Shown here: positions 12,356 through 22,495 of the stretch, piece by piece
How the letters are laid out: each line of letters starts with the position of its first letter
How positions within the stretch are numbered: position 1 is the stretch's first letter
Source: an uncultured Phycisphaerales bacterium
GTDB lineage: Bacteria; Planctomycetota; Phycisphaerae; Tepidisphaerales; Tepidisphaeraceae
Reading direction: 5' to 3'
Length of the DNA stretch: 64,000 nucleotides
Assembly: GCA_963844715.1 (NCBI GenBank)
Contig: CAWJPJ010000008.1
Span: 864,001 to 928,000 of the forward strand
Notes under the pieces: model-generated
Told to the model about the DNA's origin: nothing
Databases searched by the model: none
The model's input: the letters and a program-made list of their open reading frames with translations, nothing else
Position numbers and translations under genes: made by a program

Positions 12356-13757
12356 AATAAAGCATTACACTAGCGTGCCGTTCCGACAGACGATGGGAAC
12401 GCCACCCCCGTCCCGGAGCGGAATCGTCATGCGGACAAAGGCCAATTGGTATGGAGAGGGGATCCCGATGCACCGGGATCGCCGCGCCGAAAAAATAGAT
12501 TGACAATGTCTCTAAATTGGCCAAATTGACCCGCAAAACACTTAAGCTAGGTGCCAGATGAAAGCGCAAAGGAAACTCGCAGATGGAATAGCGCAGTTAA
12601 GGCTCGCTGCTCGATGCTTACACGCTGGCGATGAAAGTGGTGGAAACATCGCCAAAAAGTTTCAGCAATTGGGGGTCAAAGACACGGCCGAAAATCGCAT
12701 CGCTTATCGGGGCGCGATGTTTACCACCCCCGGTTACGGTAAGGTGATCGGCGGCACAATCCTCTTCGACGAGACTTTTCGACAAACCTATGAGGGCCGC
12801 TCCGTTACTGATATCTTAAAACGCCAGGACGTCGTCATCGGCGTCAAAGTGGACTCTGGTTTGCAGTCCTTTGGTGGTTCAAAGATCGAACAGGTCGGAA
12901 AGAATGAGTTGAGTGCGCTCCCAAAGCGTATGGAAGAGTACGCCACGAAGGAAGTTCAATTCACCAAATTTAGGGTTGTCGCGAATATCGGGCGCGAGAA
13001 TGGGAAAACTCTTCCCAGTGATGAATGTCTGACAGCTAACGCCGCATTGTTAGCAGAGTACGCTGAAATCTGCCACCGCGTCGACATCGTGCCAATTGTC
13101 GAGCCTGAAGTACCGATGGAGGGTTCGCATTCTTTGGAGGACTGCCGTCAAGCGACTGTGCGTTTTCTGAAGGCGACTTTCGCCGCTTTGAGGAAAAGGC
13201 AGATTGTTCTACCGGGAGTTATTCTAAAGACCAGTATGGTCCTTCCTGGCACCGAAGGACCGAAGGCCAACGAGGCTGACTGCATTAGAGAAACGATGTC
13301 GACTCTGGCAACGACCGTGCCGCCGGATATCGGCGCAGTGGTATTTCTATCAGGTGGCCAAGCAACTGAAGATGCGATGAGACGATTGGAAGGGATGCGC
13401 AACGCCGCCGCACAGACCGGTTTAGCCTTCACCGTGAGTTCGTCCTTCAGCCGCGCCCTGCAGGGCCCCGCCTTAGAAGAATTCGGCGCTGCGGTCCGAG
13501 ACCATGGGAACGCCGCCGAAATCAAGAGGCGGACGCAATCAAAATTCGCAGAAACTCTGAAACTTAATGGAATGGCACTAAATAATTCAGTTAGGCATTG
13601 AGGGGATTCGAATTCAAAGGGCTCATTCCCGTGGTCCAAGACCACCGAAGCCAACAAAAGCTAGACAATCGTATGCCGCCGACTTGATGACGAAGTTCGT
13701 CGCTTCTCGAATCGTCCTCAGGATTCGATGGTGTGTGACCGGTGCGTCAATCGCGTC
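12329..13757. repeat. 23-bp imperfect direct repeat (12329-12351 and 13735-13757) flanking the aldolase gene
   Basis: GTGAGCGGTGCGTCAACCGCGTC vs GTGACCGGTGCGTCAATCGCGTC, 21/23 identical. Confidence 0.75.
12558..13601 (+). CDS. Class I fructose-bisphosphate aldolase (divergent)
   Basis: GDES, ILFDET, G.KVD.G, F.K.R, PIVEPEV, ILK.SMV (Schiff-base Lys), FLSGGQ, S.SRALQ. Confidence 0.88.
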   Translation: MKAQRKLADGIAQLRLAARCLHAGDESGGNIAKKFQQLGVKDTAENRIAYRGAMFTTPGYGKVIGGTILFDETFRQTYEGRSVTDILKRQDVVIGVKVDSGLQSFGGSKIEQVGKNELSALPKRMEEYATKEVQFTKFRVVANIGRENGKTLPSDECLTANAALLAEYAEICHRVDIVPIVEPEVPMEGSHSLEDCRQATVRFLKATFAALRKRQIVLPGVILKTSMVLPGTEGPKANEADCIRETMSTLATTVPPDIGAVVFLSGGQATEDAMRRLEGMRNAAAQTGLAFTVSSSFSRALQGPALEEFGAAVRDHGNAAEIKRRTQSKFAETLKLNGMALNNSVRH

Positions 13758-14178
13758 CCACCCCAAGTAAGGCCGTTAGCGCAATGAATCCGTCGCAGAT
13801 TATGGATTTCAATAGGGATCGTCGGATCCGTCTGAATTGCTTAGTGTTGGGAATAGACATCCCGCCAGCCAGGATCAAAGGCGCCGTCGAGGCCGTTTGA
13901 GCGTGCGCAATGTCGCTAGACTCCGCGGCCGCAAAAAACTCTTGTTGTATGGTCAGGTTATCCACCAAATTGTGCACCACGATCGACCTTTTTCCGTAAG
14001 CACTTGCGCCAATCGGAGAAAAAGCAGGCCAAAATCTTTCGAAAATATGGGGGTTTGGCTTGATTCGGGGTATCGTAGCGCCTCACGGAACCTCGCGCTT
14101 CCTTCGAGATCGGGCGTTTCGGCCTCCGATTGAATCGGATTGCCGCAACAAATGGCCCCTTTTAGACAGGAGTTTGCC

Positions 14179-15474
14179 ATGAGCGAGATTAATACAATGC
14201 AACCAGCCGCCGAGCAGGCGGCTCACAAGAATACGCTTCGCCCAATCCATCTGAGTGTTCCGGAACAGCCGGCTGACAAGACCGCCATCCGTCCGTTTCG
14301 CGTGACTTTTCCAGAAGCGGAACTCACCGAATTGCGCAGGCGCATCAACGCGACAAGGTGGCCCGACCGTGAAACGGTCACGGATCAATCGGAAGGCCCC
14401 CAACTCGCGACCCTGCAGAAACTCGCGCGCTATTGGGAGAAAGAGTACGACTGGCGCAAGGTCGAGGCCAGACTGAACGCCCTGCCGAATTTCATTACCG
14501 AGATCGACGGTCTCGACATTCACTTCATTCACGTTCGTTCGAAACATAAGAACGCGTTGCCCCTCATCGTCACGCACGGATGGCCCGGCTCGATCATCGA
14601 GCAGATGAAGATCATCGATCCACTGACCAATCCCACGGCTCACGGCGCGAGCGCATCGGACGCTTTCGATTTGGTCATTCCGTCGCTCCCGGGCTACGGG
14701 TTTTCAGGCAAACCGACCACGACCGGCTGGGATCCCGTCCACATTGCTCGTGCCTGGGTGGTGCTGATGAAGCGCCTCGGGTACACGAAATTCGTGGCGC
14801 AAGGCGGCGATTGGGGCGCGATTATCACGGACGTGATGGGCACACAGGGGCATCCGGAACTGCTTGGCATTCACTCCAATATGCCAGGCATCTTTTCACC
14901 CGAAATTGACAAGGCTGCCCGCGAGGGCGCTCCGACGCCGGCGGATCTCTCCGCTGACGAGAGACTCGCGTACGAGCGGGTGGCTTCGGTATATGCGAAG
15001 GGCATCGGTTACGGATATCAGATGGGGTTGCGCCCACAGGCCCTGTACGGGATCGCAGATTCTCCCGTCGGCATAGCCGGTTATTTTCTTGATCACGACG
15101 CGCGTAGCTTGGCAATGATCTCTCGTGCGTTTGACGGGCAGCCCGAAGGCCTTACACGAGATGATGTCCTGGACAACGTCACGCTTACCTGGTTGACGAA
15201 CAGCTTCGTTTCCGGGGCGCGCCTCTATTGGGAAGACTTCGCTTCACAAGTTTCGTTCTTCGGTGTCAAAGGCGTCTCCATCCCGGTTGCCGTGAGCGTC
15301 TTTCCCGACGAACTCTATCCAGCTCCACGGAGTTGGACCGAGAAGGCGTATCCCAAACTGATCCATTACAACCGGTTACCAAAGGGCGGACACTTCGCCG
15401 CTTGGGAGCAACCGCAACTTTTTTCAGAGGAAGTTCGCGCGGGCTTCAGATCGCTGCGGGAGGGTTCGTCATAG
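14179..15474 (+). CDS. Epoxide hydrolase (EHN + alpha/beta hydrolase)
   Basis: IRPF, HGWPGS, QGGDWG nucleophile, GGHFAAWEQP. Confidence 0.92.
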   Translation: MSEINTMQPAAEQAAHKNTLRPIHLSVPEQPADKTAIRPFRVTFPEAELTELRRRINATRWPDRETVTDQSEGPQLATLQKLARYWEKEYDWRKVEARLNALPNFITEIDGLDIHFIHVRSKHKNALPLIVTHGWPGSIIEQMKIIDPLTNPTAHGASASDAFDLVIPSLPGYGFSGKPTTTGWDPVHIARAWVVLMKRLGYTKFVAQGGDWGAIITDVMGTQGHPELLGIHSNMPGIFSPEIDKAAREGAPTPADLSADERLAYERVASVYAKGIGYGYQMGLRPQALYGIADSPVGIAGYFLDHDARSLAMISRAFDGQPEGLTRDDVLDNVTLTWLTNSFVSGARLYWEDFASQVSFFGVKGVSIPVAVSVFPDELYPAPRSWTEKAYPKLIHYNRLPKGGHFAAWEQPQLFSEEVRAGFRSLREGSS

Positions 15475-15625
15475 GAGCGACTTGGAATTGAACTTCGGCC
15501 GGTACCTCCCTGCGCTCGGGCGGACGGACGACCATGACACGGGTACGCAGCCCGGCTGATTCTCGCCCTCGGCGTTGCCTTTTGGCGCAACGTGGAATCA
15601 CTGTCCAGGGATTTTGAAGGTCAAC

Positions 15626-16834
15626 ATGTCATCCGCTTTCCGCTTCCAGGACATCTTCGTGCGAGGGGTCCAAGACCCTTATCCTTTTTATCACTGGCTT
15701 CGCACCGAGACGCCTGTCTACTGGAACGCCGAGATCGTACCGGCCTGGTTCATCTCCCGCTACGATGATGTGGTGGCCATCACCGAGAATGATCGGCGGT
15801 TCGGCAGCCGGGGAGGGATTGAATCAGCCGTCCAACAGGAGCGGGACGGTTGTTTCTGGCACACCCAAGCCGCGGGGGTCCTCTTCACCGACGGGGCAGC
15901 CCACAGCCGAGCGCGTGGCCTGTTGGATCAGTCGTGGCCCTCCCAGCACATCGCACAGATGCGTGGCCGCATTCTGGAACTCGCAAATAGCCTCCTCGAT
16001 CGGGTCCGGGGGGCCGGGACGATGGAAATCGTAACCGAATTTGCCGAACCCCTCTCTTATACTGTCTTCAGGGAGTTCCTGGGGGCTGCCGATCTGGATT
16101 TGCCCACGCTCATTCGATGGGCCATCGCCATTCATGCCGCCTACGACCCCCTCGGAGGGCCTGAAGAAGCCGCAAGCGCCCAGCAAGTCTGCCGCGAGGT
16201 GTCGACCTACTTCCGCGACTTGATCGGCCGGCGCCGCAAGAGTCCGAGAACCGACTTCCTGAGCTGCATGGTCGCAGCCGAGCGCGGCGGCACTCCGTTC
16301 ACCGACGAAGAGATTCTCGGCAACCTGATTCAGATCATAGCCGGTCCGGACTCCCTGATGATGCTGATCAGCAACGCGGTGCTCGCCCTGCTTCGCCACC
16401 CCGACCAACTCGCCTTGCTGAAGAAGGACCCCGCGTTGATTGGGGGTGCCGTCGAGGAGTGCTTGCGGTACGACTCTCTGATCCTGGGGTTCCCACGCGT
16501 GGCGACGGAAGACGTCAACGTGCGCGGCCAGTTGATCCGCAAAGGCCAGCACGTGTTTCCTCTTTTGCGGTCCGCCAACCGCGACCCGGTCCGATTCCCG
16601 GACCCCGACCGCCTGGACATTACGCGCCAGGACCTCGGGCAGTTATCCTTTGGCCACGGCGTCCACTACTGCCTCGGCGCGCCTCTGGCTCGACTGCTGG
16701 CGCAGATCGGCATCGGTACGCTGGTGCAACGATTGTCCGGGCTCCAACTCGCCGCCGATACGCTGGAATATCGCAAGCATTTCAACTTCCGTGCCCTGCT
16801 GGCCCTGCCGATCAGTTTCCAGCCTGCGTCGTAA
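15626..16834 (+). CDS. Cytochrome P450
   Basis: DPYP.Y, EECLRYD (ExxR), ANRDP..F..PD, FGHGVHYCLG heme-Cys motif. Confidence 0.95.
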   Translation: MSSAFRFQDIFVRGVQDPYPFYHWLRTETPVYWNAEIVPAWFISRYDDVVAITENDRRFGSRGGIESAVQQERDGCFWHTQAAGVLFTDGAAHSRARGLLDQSWPSQHIAQMRGRILELANSLLDRVRGAGTMEIVTEFAEPLSYTVFREFLGAADLDLPTLIRWAIAIHAAYDPLGGPEEAASAQQVCREVSTYFRDLIGRRRKSPRTDFLSCMVAAERGGTPFTDEEILGNLIQIIAGPDSLMMLISNAVLALLRHPDQLALLKKDPALIGGAVEECLRYDSLILGFPRVATEDVNVRGQLIRKGQHVFPLLRSANRDPVRFPDPDRLDITRQDLGQLSFGHGVHYCLGAPLARLLAQIGIGTLVQRLSGLQLAADTLEYRKHFNFRALLALPISFQPAS

Positions 16835-16902
16835 TCGTTCTCGGGAGACCGACCTTCGTGCATTGAGGACAGCCATGATCGATCACATGCGACGTGACGC
16901 CA

Positions 16903-16987
16903 CATTACAACCGGCCACTTTGCGGCCTGGGAACAGCCGCAACTTCTTTCAGAAGATGTTCGTGCGGGCTTCAGATCGTTACGGTAG
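16903..16987 (+). pseudogene. Remnant of an epoxide hydrolase 3' end (diverged copy of 15364-15459)
   Basis: CATTACAACCGG...HFAAWEQPQLLSEDVRAGFRSLR-stop with an internal deletion. Confidence 0.75.
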
Positions 16988-17004
16988 GTTTCTTCACAAG
17001 AGAG

Positions 17005-17095
17005 CGGGAAAAGAACGAGCTTGCGTTCCCAGTGTTAAGCGACATCGGCAACACGCTTGCTCGCAAGTTTGGAATTGTGTTTGAGCTGGTGGTGA
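17005..17095 (+). pseudogene. Fragment of a peroxiredoxin-like (AhpC/TSA) gene
   Basis: EKNELAFPVLSDIGNTLARKFGIVFEL without the rest of the gene. Confidence 0.55.
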
Positions 17096-17129
17096 CGACC
17101 TCGAAACTAAAAAACTCATGGAAGGAAGT

Positions 17130-18676
17130 ATGAAAACATCAACCTCAACGGAAGAATACGATCTGCTCGTGCTGGGCAGCGGTGGTGGCGGCAAAGTTCT
17201 TGCCGGGGCCTTCGCACAAAAGGGACAACGCGCGGTTGTGGTCGAGCGCAAATGGGTGGGCGGTTCGTGCCCGAACATCGCGTGCCTGCCCAGCAAGAAC
17301 ATCATCCACAGCGCCAAGGTTGCTTCGTTCTTTTATCGCAGCAACGAATTCGGCATCAGCAAAGAGAATGTTCACATCAACATGGCAGCCGTGCGTGACC
17401 GCAAGCGCAAGATGGTGAGGAACGTTGTCGACATTTTTCGCGACACCTTCTACACGAAGACCGGCGCGGAACTGGTGATGGGCACAGGACGCTTCGTTGG
17501 CCCGAAAACCATCGAAGTTGCCTTGAACGACGGCGGGACACGCACATTCCGCGGCAAAACTGTAGTCATCAACACCGGCTCGCGCGCCACGATTGAGCCA
17601 ATTCCGGGATTGGCCGAGGCGAATCCGCTGACCCACATCGAGGCCCTGGAACTGGATCACATCCCCGAAACATCTCCTGGTTCTGGGCGCTGGTTATGTC
17701 GGACTCGAACTTGCCCAGGCCTTCCGCCGTTTCGGCGCCGAGGTCACGCTGATCGACCGCAACGGCCGCCTCGCCCACCACGAAGACGAAGATACCTCGC
17801 AGGGACTGGAAGAAATGTGCCGGGATGAAGGCATCACCGTCGTGACGAATGCAAAAATAACCCGCGTCGAGGGCAACTCCGGCGAGTGGATCAGGCTCCT
17901 CGGCTCGGCGCGACGGAACCGAACTTTCCCTGGAAGGCACGCACCTGCTGGTGGCCGGAGGACGTACGCCAAATACGAGCGGCATCGGCCTGGAAAAGGC
18001 GGGAGTGGAGACGACCGACGCGCGGCTATGTGAAGGTGAACGAGCGTTTGCAGACGACCGCCGAGGGTGTTTGGGCCATCGGAGATTGCGCCGGAAGCCC
18101 ACATTTCACACATATCTCATTCGATGATTTCAAGGTTGTGAGTGAAAACATGGCCGGTGGCAATCGCGTGACGACCGGCCGCCAGGTTCCGTTCTGCATG
18201 TTCACCGACCCGGAGTTGGCCCGTATCGGACTCAGCGAAACGGAGGCGAAACAGCGCGGCATCCCTTATCGCGTTGCCAAGTTGCCCATGGCTGCCGTCC
18301 TTCGCACGATGACGATTTCTGAAACGCGCGGATTTATGAAGGCGTTGATCGAGACGGAAAGCGACCGCATCCTCGGATTCACCATGTTTGGCGCCGGCGC
18401 TGGAGACGCTCATGGCAGCCGTGCAGATGGCGATGCTTGCCGGATTGCCGTACACCGCGGTACGCGACGCGGTCATCGCTCATCCCACCATGCCGGAAGG
18501 GCTTGAGATCGCTCTTTGGTAACGTCCCTCCCATCTCCGCGCATCTGCCAAACGTACGAGGTAATGCCGAAGGCTCGTCACCAGAGATACGGATTAAACA
18601 CGGCCGCTTTGGAACAAGTTGGAATAGGGCGCAGGGCAGTACCGCATTCGTCAATTTCGTAGGACGGTCATCATAG
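17130..18676 (+). CDS. Pyridine nucleotide-disulfide oxidoreductase, dihydrolipoamide dehydrogenase/mercuric reductase-like (frameshifted; 3' end uncertain)
   Basis: GSGGGG FAD motif, GGSCPNIACLPSK redox CxxxxC, WAIGDC, FTDPELARIG, HPTM.EG. Confidence 0.85.
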
Positions 18677-18704
18677 TTGATGGGCCAGTCATCAAGGAGA
18701 AATC

Positions 18705-19487
18705 ATGAAACTCACAGGCAAGAAGGCTCTCATCACCGGCGGAAACAGCGGCATCGGCCTGGCCACTGCCCGCCTTTTTGTTGCAGAAGGCGCCGAAGTC
18801 GCGATTACCGGCCGGGACCAGAAGACGCTGGATGAAGCAGTCGCCGAACTGGGACCCAACGCGCGCGGCTATCGCGCCGACGTTACCCTGGCGGACGACC
18901 GGAAGCGGCTCTTCGCGGATCTTGCCAAGGATTTCGGCAAGCTGGACATCGTCTTCGCCAATGCCGGCATCTCCGGCCAGACCCCTACCGGCTCGACCGA
19001 CGAGGCGATTTTTGAGAATGTCATTCGTACCAACCTCAATGCCGCTTTTTTTACGGTGAATTCAGCTGCCCCTTTGCTGAACGACAACGGCAGCATCATC
19101 TTTAACGGATCGGTACACAACCATCTGGGCCAGGCCGGTGTGGCCGCATATGCGGCCACGAAGGGCGGCGTTGTCTCCATGGCGCGTTCTATCGCCGCCG
19201 ATCTTGCACCGCGCAACATTCGTGTGAACGTCGTGGCGCCAGGGGCGACGAAGACTCCTATTTGGAATCGCGGGCCACGCGCTTCTATATCTGAAGATGA
19301 ATCCACCAAGCTGGCCAAAGCCATATCGTCCAGGATTCCACTGGGCCGCTGGGGTGAGCCGGAAGAGCTTGCCAAAGCCGTGCTTTTCCTTGCCTCAGAT
19401 GACTCCTCCTACATCAACGCCATCGAGCTGATGGTCGATGGAGGCGCGACGGGCGCACCGTGGGGAGCCCCCATTTTTCACGAATAA
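18705..19487 (+). CDS. Short-chain dehydrogenase/reductase
   Basis: TGGNSGIG, FANAG, YAATK, IRVNVVAPG. Confidence 0.93.
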   Translation: MKLTGKKALITGGNSGIGLATARLFVAEGAEVAITGRDQKTLDEAVAELGPNARGYRADVTLADDRKRLFADLAKDFGKLDIVFANAGISGQTPTGSTDEAIFENVIRTNLNAAFFTVNSAAPLLNDNGSIIFNGSVHNHLGQAGVAAYAATKGGVVSMARSIAADLAPRNIRVNVVAPGATKTPIWNRGPRASISEDESTKLAKAISSRIPLGRWGEPEELAKAVLFLASDDSSYINAIELMVDGGATGAPWGAPIFHE

Positions 19488-19629
19488 CCTCGGAGCCCGT
19501 TCCGTTTTCGTGCAACAACAACCTCCGCACGCCTGAAACCGGAAACGGGACAGGTTCCCCTTTCCGAAGGGCTCATTCGGCTCCTCCTGGGGATTCCAGC
19601 GAAGGCACAAGCTGCCGACCGAGTGGGTT

Positions 19630-20144
19630 ATGAAACGTCGCCTTTGTCTTCGTGACGAGCTGTTGCTTGCGGTGCTTCCAACCGTAACCGTGCTATTGGT
19701 GCTTGGATTGGTCAAAGCACTAAGCACGCAACATCTGCTTTGTGCAACCCTCGCATCGACGCGATGCTTATCTACCTGGACCCAAGGCATAAGACAAACA
19801 CAGTTCGTACGCTCGTCCTGGCACAGATGACGGCGGCACTTGTGGGATGGGCGTTGTGCTGGCTGTTTGGTCCTGGATACCTGGCGGCTGGCACGTCAAT
19901 GACGGTAACGATCCTGCTAATGATCGTGTTCGACGCCGTTCACCCGCCAGCCGCTTCCACCGCCTTGGCGTTTCCCCTTCGGCTGGGAGGGAACAATAGT
20001 CTGATGATCTTCGGCTTAGCCGTCGGAATTACCGCCGTGCTCATTTTGTTGCAGCGAGCCGCCCTCTGGTTCCTTAACAGATGCTCTGCAGCAAACAAGT
20101 CGCTATCCCGGGCGTTCGATCTCTCCCATCGTTACGCTCAGTAG
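19630..20144 (+). CDS. HPP family membrane protein (frameshift near 19760)
   Basis: LIYLDP.H..N..R.L, AVHPPAASTAL, hydrophobic. Confidence 0.8.
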
Positions 20145-20383
20145 CCGTGGCGGGGACAACGGGTTTTTGAGATCGACTATCCGCAGACACATCCGCCTCT
20201 ACTGTGAATTCTTCGTCGGGCAGTTACCCCGGAGATTGACCTGAATTCTTGCCCCATTTCTTGCCCCATACGAATTGAAAAACATGGCAAATATGCGTAC
20301 CATGGAGCATCGAGAGCAGTGGACGTAAACCGCTGCTGTCGCTGCAAATAACGGCGGCATCTGGAACTTACGGTTTTGAGCGA

Positions 20384-20433
20384 ATTACGCTCATAACCCG
20401 GAGGTCGGAGGTTCGAATCCTCCCCCCGCTACT
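20384..20433 (+). repeat. att site 1: 3' half of initiator-type tRNA-Met (CAT), not an intact tRNA
   Basis: CTCATAA anticodon loop, GGAGGTTCGAATCCTCC T-arm, CCCGCTA acceptor 3' strand; no 5' half upstream; identical 50-bp copy at 56478-56527. Confidence 0.9.
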
Positions 20434-20443
20434 GCCGATGGAT

Positions 20444-20478
20444 AAGGGACTTGCGACATCGCGAGTCCCTTTTTCTTT
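20444..20478 (+). terminator. Intrinsic terminator downstream of att core
   Basis: AAGGGACTTGCGA-CA-TCGCGAGTCCCTT hairpin followed by T-tract. Confidence 0.7.
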
Positions 20479-20495
20479 GCCTGTTTTCGGCCCGG

Positions 20496-20515
20496 TGTAC
20501 ACAAAACTGTACACA
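20496..20515 (+). repeat. Putative integrase arm-type site TGTACACAAAACTGTACACA (identical copy at 56343-56362)
   Basis: Tandem 12-bp-period repeat present just inside both island ends. Confidence 0.7.
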
Positions 20516-20590
20516 GGCTTGACAGGAAACATGGTAAGGTAAAGTGACTCGCCAGAAGGATAACTCTTGCCGCCTACGGCAAAGGGCATC

Positions 20591-21784
20591 ATGGCGAGCC
20601 TCATTCAGCGTCCCAATTCTCCGATCTATTACATCCAGTACATGGCTGGCGACCGCGCTCGCCGCGTCTCCACCGGCACAGAACTGCTTCAGGTGGCCAA
20701 GGAAAAGCTCCGGCAGTTCGAATCGGCCCAAGCGCGGGGAGCAGAACTCCCCTTGGCCTCCAAGACCCCGATAGCCGATGTAGTCGGTGCCTACGTCTCC
20801 CACATCCGATCGGTCAAAACCGCCAAATCCGCTCAGACGGACATCTATTATTTACGCGACCTGTTCGGTCCTATCTGCGACGAACTCAAAATCACCAGCC
20901 GGAAACTCACGGCCAAGAAACGCCCGAAGAAAGATGGCGACGACCGCCGCCGCAAATCTTCCGTTCTGGACGCTCGACATTTGGAACAGGTGACCACGGC
21001 CCAAATCTCGTCTTTCGTCAGCACTCAGGTCCAGAGCCGCGGGCTGGCACCCAAGACCGCCAACCGCTATCGCGAGATTCTCTCTACTCTCTTCAATTGG
21101 GCGATGACCCAGCGCGGCGTGCGTATGCCCGGCGACAAGAACCCGGCCGCAACCGTCTTACGCTATAAGGAGCAGGCGCCGGAGATCCGCTTCCTGACGC
21201 TCAAGCAAATCGACGAGCAGTTGGAATCGCTGGCTGAAAGCATCCAGATGCAGGCGATGGCGGCGGTCCTGATCTACGGCGGCTTTCGACGCGAGGAAAT
21301 TCTTTGGCTGACTCACGACGACCTTGATTTGTCGGTTAAGACGTTCGGCGTGATTCGTATTCGCGCGAAAACCGTCGAGAGCGAATCGTGGGAGCCCAAA
21401 ACGAAAAAGAACCGCGCGGTCCCTGTCAGTTCTCGGCTCCGCTTCTACTTAGATAAGTGGCAACTCAAGTCCGAGCGCAACAAATGCCCTTGGCTTTTTC
21501 CGAGTCCCCAAGGCAAGCGGTGGGACCCGGACAATTTTTCTGCCGATCTTCGCGCGGCCAATGAGAAAGTAAAATTGAGTTGGGGTTGCCTGGACTTCCG
21601 GCACACGTTCGGAAGTCAGTTGGCGATGAAGGGCGAGAGCTTGTACAAAATCAGTCAGTTGATGGGCAACTCACCCGAGATTTGTCGCCGGCATTATGCG
21701 GCGCTATTGCCTGAATCGTTGGTAAATTCGGTGGAGTTCGCGGTTCAAGCTTCTTCGACCGAAGTTTGCGCTGCCACGGCTTGA
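20591..21784 (+). CDS. Tyrosine recombinase/integrase
   Basis: GFRREE (R), PKTKK (K), DFRHTF, LMGNS, RRHY (Y); adjacent to att. Confidence 0.93.
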   Translation: MASLIQRPNSPIYYIQYMAGDRARRVSTGTELLQVAKEKLRQFESAQARGAELPLASKTPIADVVGAYVSHIRSVKTAKSAQTDIYYLRDLFGPICDELKITSRKLTAKKRPKKDGDDRRRKSSVLDARHLEQVTTAQISSFVSTQVQSRGLAPKTANRYREILSTLFNWAMTQRGVRMPGDKNPAATVLRYKEQAPEIRFLTLKQIDEQLESLAESIQMQAMAAVLIYGGFRREEILWLTHDDLDLSVKTFGVIRIRAKTVESESWEPKTKKNRAVPVSSRLRFYLDKWQLKSERNKCPWLFPSPQGKRWDPDNFSADLRAANEKVKLSWGCLDFRHTFGSQLAMKGESLYKISQLMGNSPEICRRHYAALLPESLVNSVEFAVQASSTEVCAATA

Positions 21785-21807
21785 AGATCGCTGAAATACG
21801 TGACAAG

Positions 21808-21848
21808 ACCGCTCCGGCAACTTTGCGTCGCCGGAGCGGTTTTGTTTT
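21808..21848 (+). terminator. Intrinsic terminator after integrase
   Basis: ACCGCTCCGGC-N11-GCCGGAGCGGT plus TTTGTTTT. Confidence 0.75.
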
Positions 21849-21994
21849 CTGCCGACGCTGGGGGTCCGTTCAGTCGTCAAGCCGTGCTGAAAGATGCCTC
21901 AGCCCGCAGGCGGATTCTGGCGATTGTTCTGCATGAAAAGGTGCGCAGCGAAGCGCTGGCCATCCGGCATGACGCCAACGGCAGCACGGTTCTC

Positions 21995-22495
21995 CTCTGT
22001 TGCTTTGCCTCGGCCGACACGGTGACGCAGCAGCGGACAAGTCAGATGACCGGCGAGGTCGTTGAATACCGCGCCAGCTACAGCCGACCGCAGACGGTTG
22101 TCGGCGTGGGCCGGCGCAACATCAGCCACAGCGAGCAGGTCAGGCCGCTTTTGTATCCAGGGCAAATCCGCACGCTGCCCAATGACCAGCAGTTGATATT
22201 CGTCACCGGCTTCAAGCCCTTCCGCACCCAGAAGCTACGGTATTACGAGCACGCAGCCCCGGCTCAGCGCATCATCGCGCCCCCGGATTCTTTAGATACC
22301 CTGCCGCAACTTAAGAGCGCTGCCGCCGGCAATAACGATTGGCGCGATCAGCGCCCCAAAGGATCGCCCTTGCCTCTGCCGCCGGACCTGCGGATTGGCG
22401 GAGGGGAGGATGAGATACCGGCGATGGCGCCCCAGCGCACCTCCATTGACAATCCACCAGAGGATCAGGGCAGGAGAATCGGAGGGTTTTACTGA
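21995..22495 (+). pseudogene. traG: 3' remnant of TraG/VirD4 coupling protein
   Basis: FASAD..T..R.SQM.G, RPLL.PGQIR.LP...QLIFV.G.KP....KLRYY; 5' part absent. Confidence 0.75.

Larger units (their letters stand above)
1..20433. mobile_element. Region A: ICE-like island (left end outside window) ending at the first tRNA-Met att site; may be composite
   Basis: Trb operon, TA system and cargo genes; ends in a tRNA 3' fragment preceded by a tandem 12-bp repeat TTCTTGCCCCAT. Confidence 0.65.

Noticed and set aside
13958..13966. DnaA box / replication origin
   Set aside because: Single mismatched box, no cluster and no adjacent rep or dnaA gene
14060..14090. tRNA-like 5' fragment GGGGTATCG
   Set aside because: Too short and no cloverleaf
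17130..18676. Mercuric reductase merA
   Set aside because: No NmerA domain, no C-terminal Cys-Cys pair and no mer operon genes
20360..20436. Intact tRNA-Met gene at either att site
   Set aside because: The sequence 5' of the anticodon loop cannot pair with the anticodon or acceptor 3' strands and has no D-arm; the same holds at 56455-56530
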